From a virus: 64,000 nucleotides of DNA. Where the stretch lies: the IMG/VR virus record IMGVR_UViG_3300025570_000007; one strand, given 5' to 3'. Below are positions 20,462 to 28,496 of the stretch, in pieces. Position 1 is the stretch's first letter. Each line of letters begins with the position of its first letter. The notes beneath the pieces were generated by a model. It was not told where the DNA came from. It did no database searches and saw only the letters and a program-made list of their open reading frames with translations. The translations under genes were made by a program, and so were the position numbers.

Positions 20462-20684
20462 ATATTTTATTCTACGAGAATTCTAAGTTGAGTTTTATGC
20501 CACTAACCCTGTGGCAGATAGGAAGCCTTGTTTATACTCCCGAAACAATGTTAAACCTTGCTTTACACGGGTACTCTCTGACTTAAAGAGTGATTTTCAG
20601 TCTGTCGAATTATGTATAGTTATGTGGCTCTTAACCACCTAAGTGTTTTTCGAAGTACCTCAGTCTTTTACTACGTTAAAATAT
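20462..20684 (-). ncRNA. Y RNA-like element E (shared helix enclosing a roughly 150-nt multi-hairpin insert)
   Basis: Minus strand ACGTAGTAAAAGACTGAGGTACTTCG ... CTCAACTTAGAATTCTCGT; directly downstream of Ro60. Confidence 0.6.
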
Positions 20685-20743
20685 TTTAAAAGAACGTTTT
20701 CTGTGTATAAATACACAAGAGGACCCGAAAGTCCTCTTTTTTT

Positions 20744-22288
20744 TTAAATTTCTATAGCTTCAATTGCTTTGATTACAGCTCTTGGATCTATTTCAACTCT
20801 TTTTACTAGCTCATACATTTCTGATGAGTATCCAGCTAACTGGTAAAGTTTTTGAGTTGTTGGCTTAAACATTGTAGTTGAATATCCACAGATGTTTATT
20901 GAATATACGTGCATCTTGTTATAGTTGCTTGGTGAAATGTACGAAGCTCCTTGCATATCCGAGATAATAAAGATTCTGTCGTACTTATTCCCAATCGTAC
21001 TAAAAATACCATTAAACTCAGTTCCATACCCTACAGTTCCCTGTAATTTTCTAAACTGATTTTTAATAGTATTTATACTATCTAAAGGATTGAACTTAAT
21101 TGCAGCGACACTACTAGCGAAGTGGTATACATCGGCGTTAATCCCTTTACCTAAAGTTGCAGCTACTAAAGCAGCTTTTTCAATAGCAGATTTACTACCA
21201 GGTTTCCCATTTGCTAATCTGATCGATGATCCCATTGATCCTGAACTATCAAAGATAACTGCAGTTTTACCTGCTGGAAATAGTGATGTTAGGTTCGGAA
21301 TCGCAAGTTCGTAAGCTTTATCTAGTGCTGTAATGAATGGTAACGCTTTTGACGCTCCTATATCCTGTAGTAACACTTCTAATGCTAAATCGATTTGGTG
21401 AGGGAATACTAGAGATTTTCTAATAGTTGCTTCATCTGTTAAGATAGCAATTGCTCCGTCAATCAATTCTTTATTTGAACTAGTTTGTAAGATATTACGT
21501 AAGTTACGTAGTAACGCTAAATACCCTATTTTTTTAGTTGCAATTAATTCAGCATAATTTGATTCCTTAGCTTGTGTTAACTCTACCTTAGCTTCCGCTT
21601 TAGTAATAGTACCTTCTTTTACTTTCTTAGCAACATCTTGTCCAGCTGATGTATTCTTATCTTCAACAGTGTTGAATTGCTTTAACTCTCCAGTCATTAA
21701 CTGTTTGAAAGTTTTTTGCATATCTTCACTTGGTTTTGGACGAACTAAGTTTACAATATCAACTAAGGAAACATCTTTATTCTTTCCTTGGTATTTTGCT
21801 AACTCGTAAGTATCAGCAGCCTCTAAAGCAGCTTTAAATCCTTTCTTCATTGCGTTTGGCAATGGTTTTCCGGGATTGAAGTGTTGATAACAAGCTACTA
21901 TTTCTAGTAAGTCATCTAACCTAAACACGATACCTCCTGTTTTAAATTTCTTACTTCTCTTTGAGAAGAATTTACGTGCAATTCCTCTACCTGATAGGTA
22001 AGGTGCTAATGCTACTGCTCCAAACTGGGTAACACTTCTTTGGCCCATTACAGATCTAGCATATACTAGTGCTTTAGCTACGAATTCAGGTTCTTTTTGA
22101 GCTAACTTTACGATAAGCTCTTTGAATCTAACTTCTCTGTCTGATAATTTCTCGTAATAAGTATTATCAAAACCTGTTGCTAAAATAGCAACTAATTCAT
22201 GTTTTGGATCTAATTTGTAACCTTCACCTCCTTGGTGGTTTGTTACTGTAGGTGTTGCAGTCTTTTTGTTTTTGTTGTAAACTGACAT
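20744..22288 (-). CDS. rsr: Ro60/TROVE-domain RNA-binding protein with vWA domain
   Basis: TNHQGGEGY, YQ/YELAKY-type segment, GYLALLRNLRNI, DSSGSM MIDAS, SDMQ; 514 aa. Confidence 0.9.
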   Translation of the reverse strand: MSVYNKNKKTATPTVTNHQGGEGYKLDPKHELVAILATGFDNTYYEKLSDREVRFKELIVKLAQKEPEFVAKALVYARSVMGQRSVTQFGAVALAPYLSGRGIARKFFSKRSKKFKTGGIVFRLDDLLEIVACYQHFNPGKPLPNAMKKGFKAALEAADTYELAKYQGKNKDVSLVDIVNLVRPKPSEDMQKTFKQLMTGELKQFNTVEDKNTSAGQDVAKKVKEGTITKAEAKVELTQAKESNYAELIATKKIGYLALLRNLRNILQTSSNKELIDGAIAILTDEATIRKSLVFPHQIDLALEVLLQDIGASKALPFITALDKAYELAIPNLTSLFPAGKTAVIFDSSGSMGSSIRLANGKPGSKSAIEKAALVAATLGKGINADVYHFASSVAAIKFNPLDSINTIKNQFRKLQGTVGYGTEFNGIFSTIGNKYDRIFIISDMQGASYISPSNYNKMHVYSINICGYSTTMFKPTTQKLYQLAGYSSEMYELVKRVEIDPRAVIKAIEAIEI

Positions 22289-22324
22289 AACGATTTGATT
22301 TTAAAAAATTAATAAATATTTCTA

Positions 22325-22366
22325 ATAAAAAAGGGATTAAAATGCTTTTATACTTTTTAATCCCTT
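22325..22366 (-). terminator. Intrinsic terminator between the Y RNA-like array and rsr
   Basis: AAGGGATTAAAA/TTTTAATCCCTT stem followed by a U-tract on the minus strand. Confidence 0.65.
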
Positions 22367-22372
22367 GTGTTG

Positions 22373-22441
22373 TAAGTAGAGAATGTTAAGAAGAGCGTTT
22401 GTTTCTGAATGCGAAGTAACTCTGTCTATGACTACTACTTA
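22373..22441 (-). ncRNA. Y RNA-like element A (minimal)
   Basis: TAAGTAGTAGTCATAGACAGAGTTACTTCG...GCTCTTCTTAACATTCTCTACTTA; the termini pair. Confidence 0.65.
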
Positions 22442-22446
22442 TACTG

Positions 22447-22527
22447 TTCAAGGGAATGGGTGCAGTGGGATATTGTTAATTAGATTTGAAGTCTGAGTCG
22501 AAGTAACCCGGTTGCTAACCACTTGAA
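22447..22527 (-). ncRNA. Y RNA-like element B (helix plus anticodon-arm-like hairpin)
   Basis: TTCAAGTGGT...GGGTTACTTCG-ACTCAGACTTCAAATCTAA...CCCATTCCCTTGAA. Confidence 0.65.
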
Positions 22528-22534
22528 TATGTTG

Positions 22535-22690
22535 TTATAAGGGAATGGGTGATGACAGCTAGTTTTAACGCGCCTTTACCAATTTGGCCACCTCCCAAGA
22601 TTTCTTACTTTCTTAGTTGGGAGGGAAGGACTCGAACCTCCAAATACGTGCTCTAAATGCGATGTAACTGTATTATCTTACCACTTATAA
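22535..22690 (-). ncRNA. YrlA-like Y RNA C (permuted tRNA module)
   Basis: Shared helix encloses T arm GGAGG-TTCGAGT-CCTTC, then a loop-closed acceptor CCTCCCA/TGGGAGG, then D arm TGGCCAAATTGGTAAAGGC. Confidence 0.8.
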
Positions 22691-22703
22691 TATGTTTAAA
22701 AAT

Positions 22704-22840
22704 AAAGAAGGGAACGGCTAACAGAGTGTATATCGTGCTCTACCAACTGAGCTACTGAAGGGATATATTCCCCCAGGCTGGATTCGAACCAGCGACCACG
22801 TCGTTACAAGCGAAGTAATTCTTATTATTACCACTTTTTA
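22704..22840 (-). ncRNA. YrlA-like Y RNA D (permuted tRNA module)
   Basis: T arm GCTGG-TTCGAAT-CCAGC, closed acceptor CTGGGGG/CCTTCAG, D arm GCTCAGTTGGTAGAGC inside the shared helix. Confidence 0.8.
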
Positions 22841-22887
22841 TTTTTTTGTATTTCAATGAACTTTATAGATATTTCTATCTTATAGTA

Positions 22888-22920
22888 TAGAGATAAGTTT
22901 TTTAGTCTTATCTAGCAACT
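22888..22920 (-). promoter_or_regulatory. Bacteroidota-type promoter for the Y RNA-like array
   Basis: AGTTG-N20-TATCTCTA, followed by boxA-like AAGTTCATTGAAA. Confidence 0.55.
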
Positions 22921-22968
22921 CTATTCTACTTTAATTTGAAAAAAGATTTTCTATTGGATAATATACTG

Positions 22969-23040
22969 TGTCCCCAGCAGGATTTGAACCTGCGACCAAT
23001 TCGTTATGAGCGAACCACTCTACCGCTGAGTTATAAGGAC
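22969..23040 (-). tRNA. tRNA-CAT (Met or Ile2)
   Basis: Cloverleaf, loop CTCATAA. Confidence 0.85.
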
Positions 23041-23158
23041 ATTATTAAAGAGAGTTTCGGGTCTTTCAAGGTTACTTCCCTATAGCGAGGCTAACCTTTA
23101 CCTATATCGCCAGCTGTTATGAAGCTTCACTACTCTCCTTAATGGTTTTTAAAATTAG

Positions 23159-23229
23159 AAGCGGTCGTGGGACTCGAACCCAACCGTAGGGTTATGAGCC
23201 CTGCATGCTACCAGTTACAACACCCCGCG
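23159..23229 (-). tRNA. tRNA-fMet(CAT), imperfect acceptor
   Basis: 5' CGCGGGG, GGG/CCC anticodon stem, loop CTCATAA. Confidence 0.75.
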
Positions 23230-23255
23230 ATGTTACTTTCTATTAAACTAATTAG

Positions 23256-23328
23256 CGGTCCACATGGGGGTCGAACCCACAATCTTCGCCGTGACAGGGC
23301 GACATGTTACCAACAACACTTCTGAACC
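23256..23328 (-). tRNA. tRNA-Asp(GTC)
   Basis: Loop CTGTCAC, G73. Confidence 0.85.
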
Positions 23329-23471
23329 GGTTACCTTTACATTCCAAAGGTTAAGCAGGTTTCGTTAATGGACTTTCCTTCCTTGTTTAGACTATCTGTT
23401 TTTACGCCTATATTTCAAAACTGGACTTGTTATCTAATATTCACTTAAGTAGTCATCTTAAGTTAGTTTTG

Positions 23472-23544
23472 TGGAGCCAATGGGATTCGAACCCACATCC
23501 TTTTCGTTGCAAACGAAATGCTCAGCCAGTTGAGCTATGACCCC
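23472..23544 (-). tRNA. tRNA-Ala(TGC)
   Basis: Loop TTTGCAA, G3:U70. Confidence 0.9.
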
Positions 23545-23626
23545 TAGTAAAAGTAGTTAATATGACGTTTGCTCAAGTTATGGTTGACTGCTCAGCCGTA
23601 CTTTAACGGTTCTTTAACTACTTTAG

Positions 23627-23698
23627 TACTGCCGAAGGGTTTCGATCCCTCTTTTACACCGTGAAAGGGTGGTGTCCTAGCCAGTAGACGACGGCAGC
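23627..23698 (-). tRNA. tRNA-Glu(TTC)
   Basis: Loop CTTTCAC. Confidence 0.85.
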
Positions 23699-23804
23699 AT
23701 TTAAATAGTAGGTAAGCTCCACATTTTCACTTACCTAACTTAGCGACCTCTATGGTTGTGAATCCATTTTAAAGGGGTTCCTCGGTTCTAAGTTTACTAT
23801 TTAG

Positions 23805-23877
23805 AGCGGATGATGGGATTCGAACCCACAACATTTAGCTTGGAAGGCTAAGACTCTACCAGTTGAGCTACATCCGC
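23805..23877 (-). tRNA. tRNA-Gly(TCC)
   Basis: Loop CTTCCAA, U73. Confidence 0.92.
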
Positions 23878-23882
23878 ACTTT

Positions 23883-24128
23883 CTATTTCCTGTATGCTGC
23901 TTTTATATCTTCAACACTAAACCAATCATATTCTTTCAAATCAGAAAGAAACCAGTGACATTTATAATCAAAGATATTATAACTTGGAAATACTTTTCTG
24001 TAAGAATTACCGTCAGCGATTTTGTGAGGGTATCTTCTTACTGCTTTACTTGCCATCCTTTTAGCGTGTGGAGTATAGTTTCTGCTATAATCTGATACGA
24101 CAGGATGTTTCTTTTTACTTCTGCTCAT
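23883..24128 (-). CDS. Small basic hypothetical protein
   Basis: MSRSKKKHP... ORF embedded in the tRNA array. Confidence 0.6.
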   Translation of the reverse strand: MSRSKKKHPVVSDYSRNYTPHAKRMASKAVRRYPHKIADGNSYRKVFPSYNIFDYKCHWFLSDLKEYDWFSVEDIKAAYRK

Positions 24129-24200
24129 TGTTTTCTAGTTTAACGATTAACGTAACTAGAATACAGAGTTTTTAAATTTAGTCATAGTGTTTACTTTTTG

Positions 24201-24273
24201 AGCCTCTAACCGGGATCGAACCGATGACAATCACGTTACAAATGTGATGCTCTACCAACTGAGCTATAGAGGC
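24201..24273 (-). tRNA. tRNA-Thr(TGT)
   Basis: Loop TTTGTAA. Confidence 0.9.
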
Positions 24274-24405
24274 AATTAAATTAGAATAGCGCTTGAATGC
24301 CTTTTAAGTTCTCCATCAACCTCTAACTTTTATTAAAAATAACTTGTGTTATTCAACAATATTAATTTCAACTGTTTCTAGCTACACAATAGTTATTTTC
24401 TTTTG

Positions 24406-24480
24406 TACCTGAGAAGGGATTCGAACCCTCATGACCTAGAACCTAAATCTAGTGCGTAATGCCATTTCCGCCACTCAGGC
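24406..24480 (-). tRNA. tRNA-Leu(TAG), short variable arm
   Basis: Loop TTTAGGT, Leu-type D arm, 5-nt variable region. Confidence 0.8.
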
Positions 24481-24563
24481 ATCTCTTATTATCCAATATG
24501 TCAATGATCTCACTACTATTATACCATAAATATACGAAGTTCTACTTTACCTACAAACTTTTT

Positions 24564-24737
24564 CTACTTATTTCTAATTATTTCTTCAATAATAGTGTAC
24601 CTGCTAGGGTAACTTGCAATAACATCTGTTTGGGACAAAAAAGTTATTCTTCCTTTATTTACTATATATGAATCTGCTATTATTTCTTTATAGAACTTAG
24701 CTGATGGCATATTAATATATAATTTATACTTACTCAT
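24564..24737 (-). CDS. Small hypothetical protein (57 aa)
   Basis: Hand translation MSKYKLYINMPSAKFYKEIIADSY... Confidence 0.45.
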   Translation of the reverse strand: MSKYKLYINMPSAKFYKEIIADSYIVNKGRITFLSQTDVIASYPSRYTIIEEIIRNK

Positions 24738-24752
24738 ACTATTTTAATTTAG

Positions 24753-24824
24753 AGGGACATATCGGGATCGAACCGATGTAAATAGTTTTGCAGACTATCA
24801 CCTAAGCCATTCGGCCAATGTCCC
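24753..24824 (-). tRNA. tRNA-Cys(GCA)
   Basis: Loop CTGCAAA, U73. Confidence 0.9.
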
Positions 24825-24948
24825 TTAGGTTCTTCTTCTACTATTTTTTCTGTTGTTGCGTTCATTGTAACTGATTTTTAAATTAATCTTTTAACTGTTA
24901 TTGAGACCTAAATATAATGATTAGATCTCAATTAACCAACTTTCTTGT

Positions 24949-25500
24949 TTAGAAAAGTAAATAAGGTTTCCACTCTTCCGGAATGTATGTTGTCTTCTTT
25001 AGTAACATTAAATAGTGTGGACGTTGTGGTTTTGGTATATTTTTTGTATACTCTTCTACCATTAGATCCGCTTTTTCCCCATTACATTTCTTACAAGCTG
25101 TTACTAGATTATCCCATGCGTTTGGTCCTCCTTTTGATTGAGGAATAACGTGATCTAACGTAAGTAACTTTTTTGTAGTCTGTCCACAATATACACACTC
25201 GAAATTATCTCTTTTATAGATATTCTCTCTTGTTAGTGGTACCTTTTGAAAGTTAAGTTTCACATAAGTGAATACTCTAATAATTGATGGTTTATTAATC
25301 TCTAAATTTGGATTAACAACACCGAATGTCTCTGGGTATTCTGCTATAATGTCTGCATTACCTTTAAAAGAGATTACGAAAGCTCTTTCAGTAGTGATAA
25401 TGCTTCTAGGAATATAGCTAGAATCGACTACCAGAGTTTTACTGTAGCGATTTTTCATAATTTCTACTTTTTGGGTTAATGAAACATTTTCTTTTTCCAT
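24949..25500 (-). CDS. HNH endonuclease (McrA-like)
   Basis: RDNFECVYCG, TLDHVIPQSKGG, NLVTACKKCN. Confidence 0.9.
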   Translation of the reverse strand: MEKENVSLTQKVEIMKNRYSKTLVVDSSYIPRSIITTERAFVISFKGNADIIAEYPETFGVVNPNLEINKPSIIRVFTYVKLNFQKVPLTRENIYKRDNFECVYCGQTTKKLLTLDHVIPQSKGGPNAWDNLVTACKKCNGEKADLMVEEYTKNIPKPQRPHYLMLLKKTTYIPEEWKPYLLF

Positions 25501-25556
25501 ATGCTAAAGATCGCATATAATTATAACTCTACCAACTAAATTAGTAGTTTTCTTTG

Positions 25557-25629
25557 CACGCCTGGAAGGAATCGAACCTTCAACCTTTAGTTTTGGAGAC
25601 TACTGCTCTACCGATTGAGCTACAGACGT
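25557..25629 (-). tRNA. tRNA-Trp(CCA)
   Basis: Loop CTCCAAA, G73. Confidence 0.9.
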
Positions 25630-25634
25630 ATTTA

Positions 25635-25745
25635 CTATGCCACTAATCTACTCTTAGTCTTCCACTTAACTCTGTAAGCGGTTTTGAAGGCTTTACTACG
25701 TCTTGTATTGGCGTAGCCGATCCTTAGCGATTCTTGGTTTCCCAT
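25635..25745 (-). CDS. Small basic peptide (36 aa)
   Basis: MGNQESLRIGYANTRRSKAFKTAYRVKWKTKSRLVA. Confidence 0.35.
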   Translation of the reverse strand: MGNQESLRIGYANTRRSKAFKTAYRVKWKTKSRLVA

Positions 25746-25787
25746 TAAATTACTCATTGATTTATTATTTAAAAATTTATATTTGAA

Positions 25788-26477
25788 TTAGTAGGCTATT
25801 TTTGCCCAACGTGTCTTTCCGCTCCAGATACTGTCTTTCAGTAGTATGAACGGTTGACCCTTAAGTACTACATCCCCTTTTCTTTGTGATTCTTTTGATT
25901 TTCCTATAACTCCCACTCTTATACTACGAGCAGTTTTCGCTTTCCACAGTATAGTGCTTCCTTCTACAGGCTCTATCAGCAATTCTCCTGTTGATTCCTG
26001 TATCTGTACATACCCTTTTTTGGTTAGTAGCTCTTTAATCTTATTTAAAACCTCTCCATCTTTATCTCCTCTCAATTTAATATAATCGGTGTAAGCTTCC
26101 ACAGTATTTTGGTCTTGTGCATAATCCCATAACTGGTATGTGTTTTTTTCTATCTCTAAGTGTACCTGTCTTAAGGAATCATAAGAGATTTTAATAATCT
26201 CTAATTTTACCTTCTCTCCTTGTAGATTTTCTTCTGAGATTTTTAAATCTTCCACTAAAAGTTCTGCTACATCTTTAAGTTTATTTGTTCTTAGCAGTAG
26301 TTCATTTTTTGCATCTCTTTCTCTTACTACCTCGTGTTTTGTCTCAACTGCATAGAATGCAGTAAGGAAGGAAACTATAACTAGTAACACTACTACGCCC
26401 CAAAGTACATTATTAATTGCCCTACTTTTTCGGGCATTCTTATTTGTTACTGCTATTAACTCCTTAATATTACTCAT
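25788..26477 (-). CDS. Membrane-anchored coiled-coil protein
   Basis: One N-terminal TM helix, then coiled coil. Confidence 0.6.
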   Translation of the reverse strand: MSNIKELIAVTNKNARKSRAINNVLWGVVVLLVIVSFLTAFYAVETKHEVVRERDAKNELLLRTNKLKDVAELLVEDLKISEENLQGEKVKLEIIKISYDSLRQVHLEIEKNTYQLWDYAQDQNTVEAYTDYIKLRGDKDGEVLNKIKELLTKKGYVQIQESTGELLIEPVEGSTILWKAKTARSIRVGVIGKSKESQRKGDVVLKGQPFILLKDSIWSGKTRWAKIAY

Positions 26478-26490
26478 AATTATAAACTAT

Positions 26491-26901
26491 TTATGTGCTG
26501 ATATATAATGCTAAATCACTCTCTACTGCTGTTATATCTTGTTCTGAATTAGGAAGTATCCCGTTTTCAATCCTGTTTACAGTTTTATCGAAGATTCGTA
26601 AGCCGTTTAGTTTCTGCTTTTGTACTTTTACTACGTTAAAGGACTTTGAAGCAAATGCTACCGGAAGTACCTCCCCTACAAACCCTGTTACTGTTCCCAT
26701 ATGTTCCCATAGCCCCTGTAATTTTGTAAGGAGTTCTGGCTTAAGTACGAAGAGAAGTCCAACAGCTACTGCAAGTACTATACCAACTATTATATAGGTA
26801 CGGGCTAATTTAATACGTGATTCTAAATCCTCTTTATAGAACTCGATATCATCTTTTAAATCTTCTATTAGTATTTTCTGCGCTTTTGACAGTTCTTCCA
26901 T
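26491..26901 (-). CDS. Two-TM membrane protein
   Basis: Hydrophobic segments. Confidence 0.55.
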   Translation of the reverse strand: MEELSKAQKILIEDLKDDIEFYKEDLESRIKLARTYIIVGIVLAVAVGLLFVLKPELLTKLQGLWEHMGTVTGFVGEVLPVAFASKSFNVVKVQKQKLNGLRIFDKTVNRIENGILPNSEQDITAVESDLALYIST

Positions 26902-26925
26902 AATAATAAATAGTTTGGAATATTG

Positions 26926-26998
26926 TACCCCTCCTAGGATTCGAACCTAAAGTCGCCTCTTTAGAAGAGAGGTGCTTTTCCATTTAAGCTACAGGGGC
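26926..26998 (-). tRNA. tRNA-Arg(TCT)
   Basis: Loop CTTCTAA. Confidence 0.85.
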
Positions 26999-27001
26999 AG
27001 A

Positions 27002-27230
27002 TACCTAGTTTTCGTACTAGGTAAACGTGAATCCGTGCTCCCTTAGAAACACCTAAATTCAACAGCTGCTAGGCTGCTAATGCAAAGTTGTCGTTTGCGT
27101 AAATACTAATCTACTATCATCCACGTTTTCCATTGTCAAAACCAGTCGGCCCCATGGTCTTAAAAGTCTCATAGTGGAGCCGGAGAGTATCGAACTCTCG
27201 TCCAACGAAATGTCAATAATTATCAACGAT
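27002..27230 (-). ncRNA. ssrA: Circularly permuted (two-piece) tmRNA
   Basis: 3' piece GGACGAGAGTTCGATACTCTCCGGCTCCA (27175-27203) precedes the 5' end GGGGCCGACTGGTTTTGAC (starts 27153); tag ANDNFALAA* at 27069-27098; G3:U70; outer ends approximate. Confidence 0.88.
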
Positions 27231-27240
27231 TTGTATTTTG

Positions 27241-27314
27241 TACCTCCAGTAAGACTCGAACTTACAGGTCTTAACGTCCGTAGCGTTATGTTTTTCCAGT
27301 TAAACTATGAAGGC
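27241..27314 (-). tRNA. tRNA-Arg(ACG)
   Basis: Loop CTACGGA. Confidence 0.85.
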
Positions 27315-27379
27315 AGTTGTAGGATATCGCTTAACCTACTAGATGTGATCAATATCTATTTTTTTATACGATTTTTTTG

Positions 27380-27463
27380 TACCCCTGACAAGATTCGAAC
27401 TTGCAAGCCTCTAAGGCAATAGGGCTTAAACCTATCGTGTATCGCCATTTCCACCACAGGGGC
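27380..27463 (-). tRNA. tRNA-Leu(TAA)
   Basis: Loop TTTAAGC, long variable arm. Confidence 0.9.
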
Positions 27464-27521
27464 ATTTGTAATGTCAAAAACTTCCCTAACGGAGGAAAAC
27501 TTCATTACGAGCTTATTTTTG

Positions 27522-27594
27522 GGTGAAAGACGGGGCTCGAACCCGCAATCGCTTGGACCACAACCAAGTGCTTTACCATTCAGCTACAATCACC
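27522..27594 (-). tRNA. tRNA-His(GTG)
   Basis: Loop TTGTGGT, G-1:C73. Confidence 0.88.
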
Positions 27595-27606
27595 ATGTTG
27601 CTCTCC

Positions 27607-27933
27607 TTAATACTCTTTATATATTGCTAAATTATTTTCTACTAACCAATCACTAACGTTAACTCCTTCTATATACACTTCAGCTAAGTACCTTCCGTAC
27701 TTACCTTTCTTATCTTTTCGGGTCTTAATAGTAACTTCCTTACCTAGTACTAATTCTCTTAACCTATCTCTTGAAAATTTACCTGCTTCTTTTTCTTCTC
27801 CTCTAACTTCAGGAGCATCAATTCGTAGAATTCTTAACGGTTCTGTAAATGTCATGTTAAATCCTAAATCGATTTGTGCTGTTACAGTATCACCATCGTA
27901 AACTTTAATAATTTTTGCTTTGTAAGTATACAT
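27607..27933 (-). CDS. Thermonuclease (SNase-like)
   Basis: KVYDGDT, LRIDAPE, GKYGRYLA. Confidence 0.9.
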   Translation of the reverse strand: MYTYKAKIIKVYDGDTVTAQIDLGFNMTFTEPLRILRIDAPEVRGEEKEAGKFSRDRLRELVLGKEVTIKTRKDKKGKYGRYLAEVYIEGVNVSDWLVENNLAIYKEY

Positions 27934-27956
27934 TATATTGTTTATTATAAATATTG

Positions 27957-28028
27957 TACCGATAGAGAATTTTGAAATCTCGACCTATTCCATATGAAGG
28001 AAGTGCTCTGCCTCTGAGCTATATCGGT
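27957..28028 (-). tRNA. tRNA-CAT (Met or Ile2)
   Basis: Loop TTCATAT; T loop TTCAAAA. Confidence 0.8.
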
Positions 28029-28197
28029 ATTATTTTGTGAACCATAAGGGACTCGAACCCTATACCTCCCCTCCTTTCCTACTTATAAGATCTATTAAGT
28101 ATTCATAATCAACGGAAATCACCAAGTATGTTATTGAAGTCAAGAACCTTAATCGATACAGCTCTCAGTCTCGCAATATACAGCCCATATTTTATAG

Positions 28198-28282
28198 CGG
28201 TAGATATGGGATTCGAACCCATGTAGCTTTTACACCCTACTTGTTTAGCAAACAAGCCTCTTTACCGTTTGAGTAATCTACC
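28198..28282 (-). tRNA. tRNA-Ser(GCT)
   Basis: Loop TTGCTAA, long variable arm, G73. Confidence 0.88.
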
Positions 28283-28290
28283 AGTTTTTG

Positions 28291-28362
28291 TCGGCCTAGT
28301 AGGATTTGAACCTACGACTTGCTGTGTATCGGACAGCTACTCTACCGCTGAGTTATAGACCG
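28291..28362 (-). tRNA. tRNA-Ile(GAT)
   Basis: Loop CCGATAC (C33). Confidence 0.8.
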
Positions 28363-28486
28363 TGGTGGGGAAGGTTGGATTTGAACCAACAATGTCAAAT
28401 TTCAAGTTTGATTGTTTACCGAAGTAACTCAATTGTATTACTACCATTTCTGAAGAAAGTCTACGCGAGTTGTTTATTTCTTCCCC
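28363..28486 (-). ncRNA. tRNA/Y RNA hybrid F: tRNA body (anticodon TGA, encoded CCA) with the D arm replaced by the permuted shared helix
   Basis: GGGGAAG/CTTCCCC-A-CCA, T arm GTTGG-TTCAAAT-CCAAC, anticodon arm TCAAA-CTTGAAA-TTTGA; insert GACTTTCTTCAGAAATGGTAGT...GAGTTACTTCG. Confidence 0.75.
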
Positions 28487-28496
28487 ATTTTTACTG

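Noticed and set aside
22373-22840. CRISPR array interpretation of the repeated cgaagtaac units
   Set aside because: The repeats are short and bipartite, unit lengths vary about two-fold, the interiors are tRNA modules, and no cas genes are present
22535-22840. Broken or pseudogenised tRNAs
   Set aside because: The arms are intact but in T-acceptor-D order with closed acceptors, matching YrlA architecture
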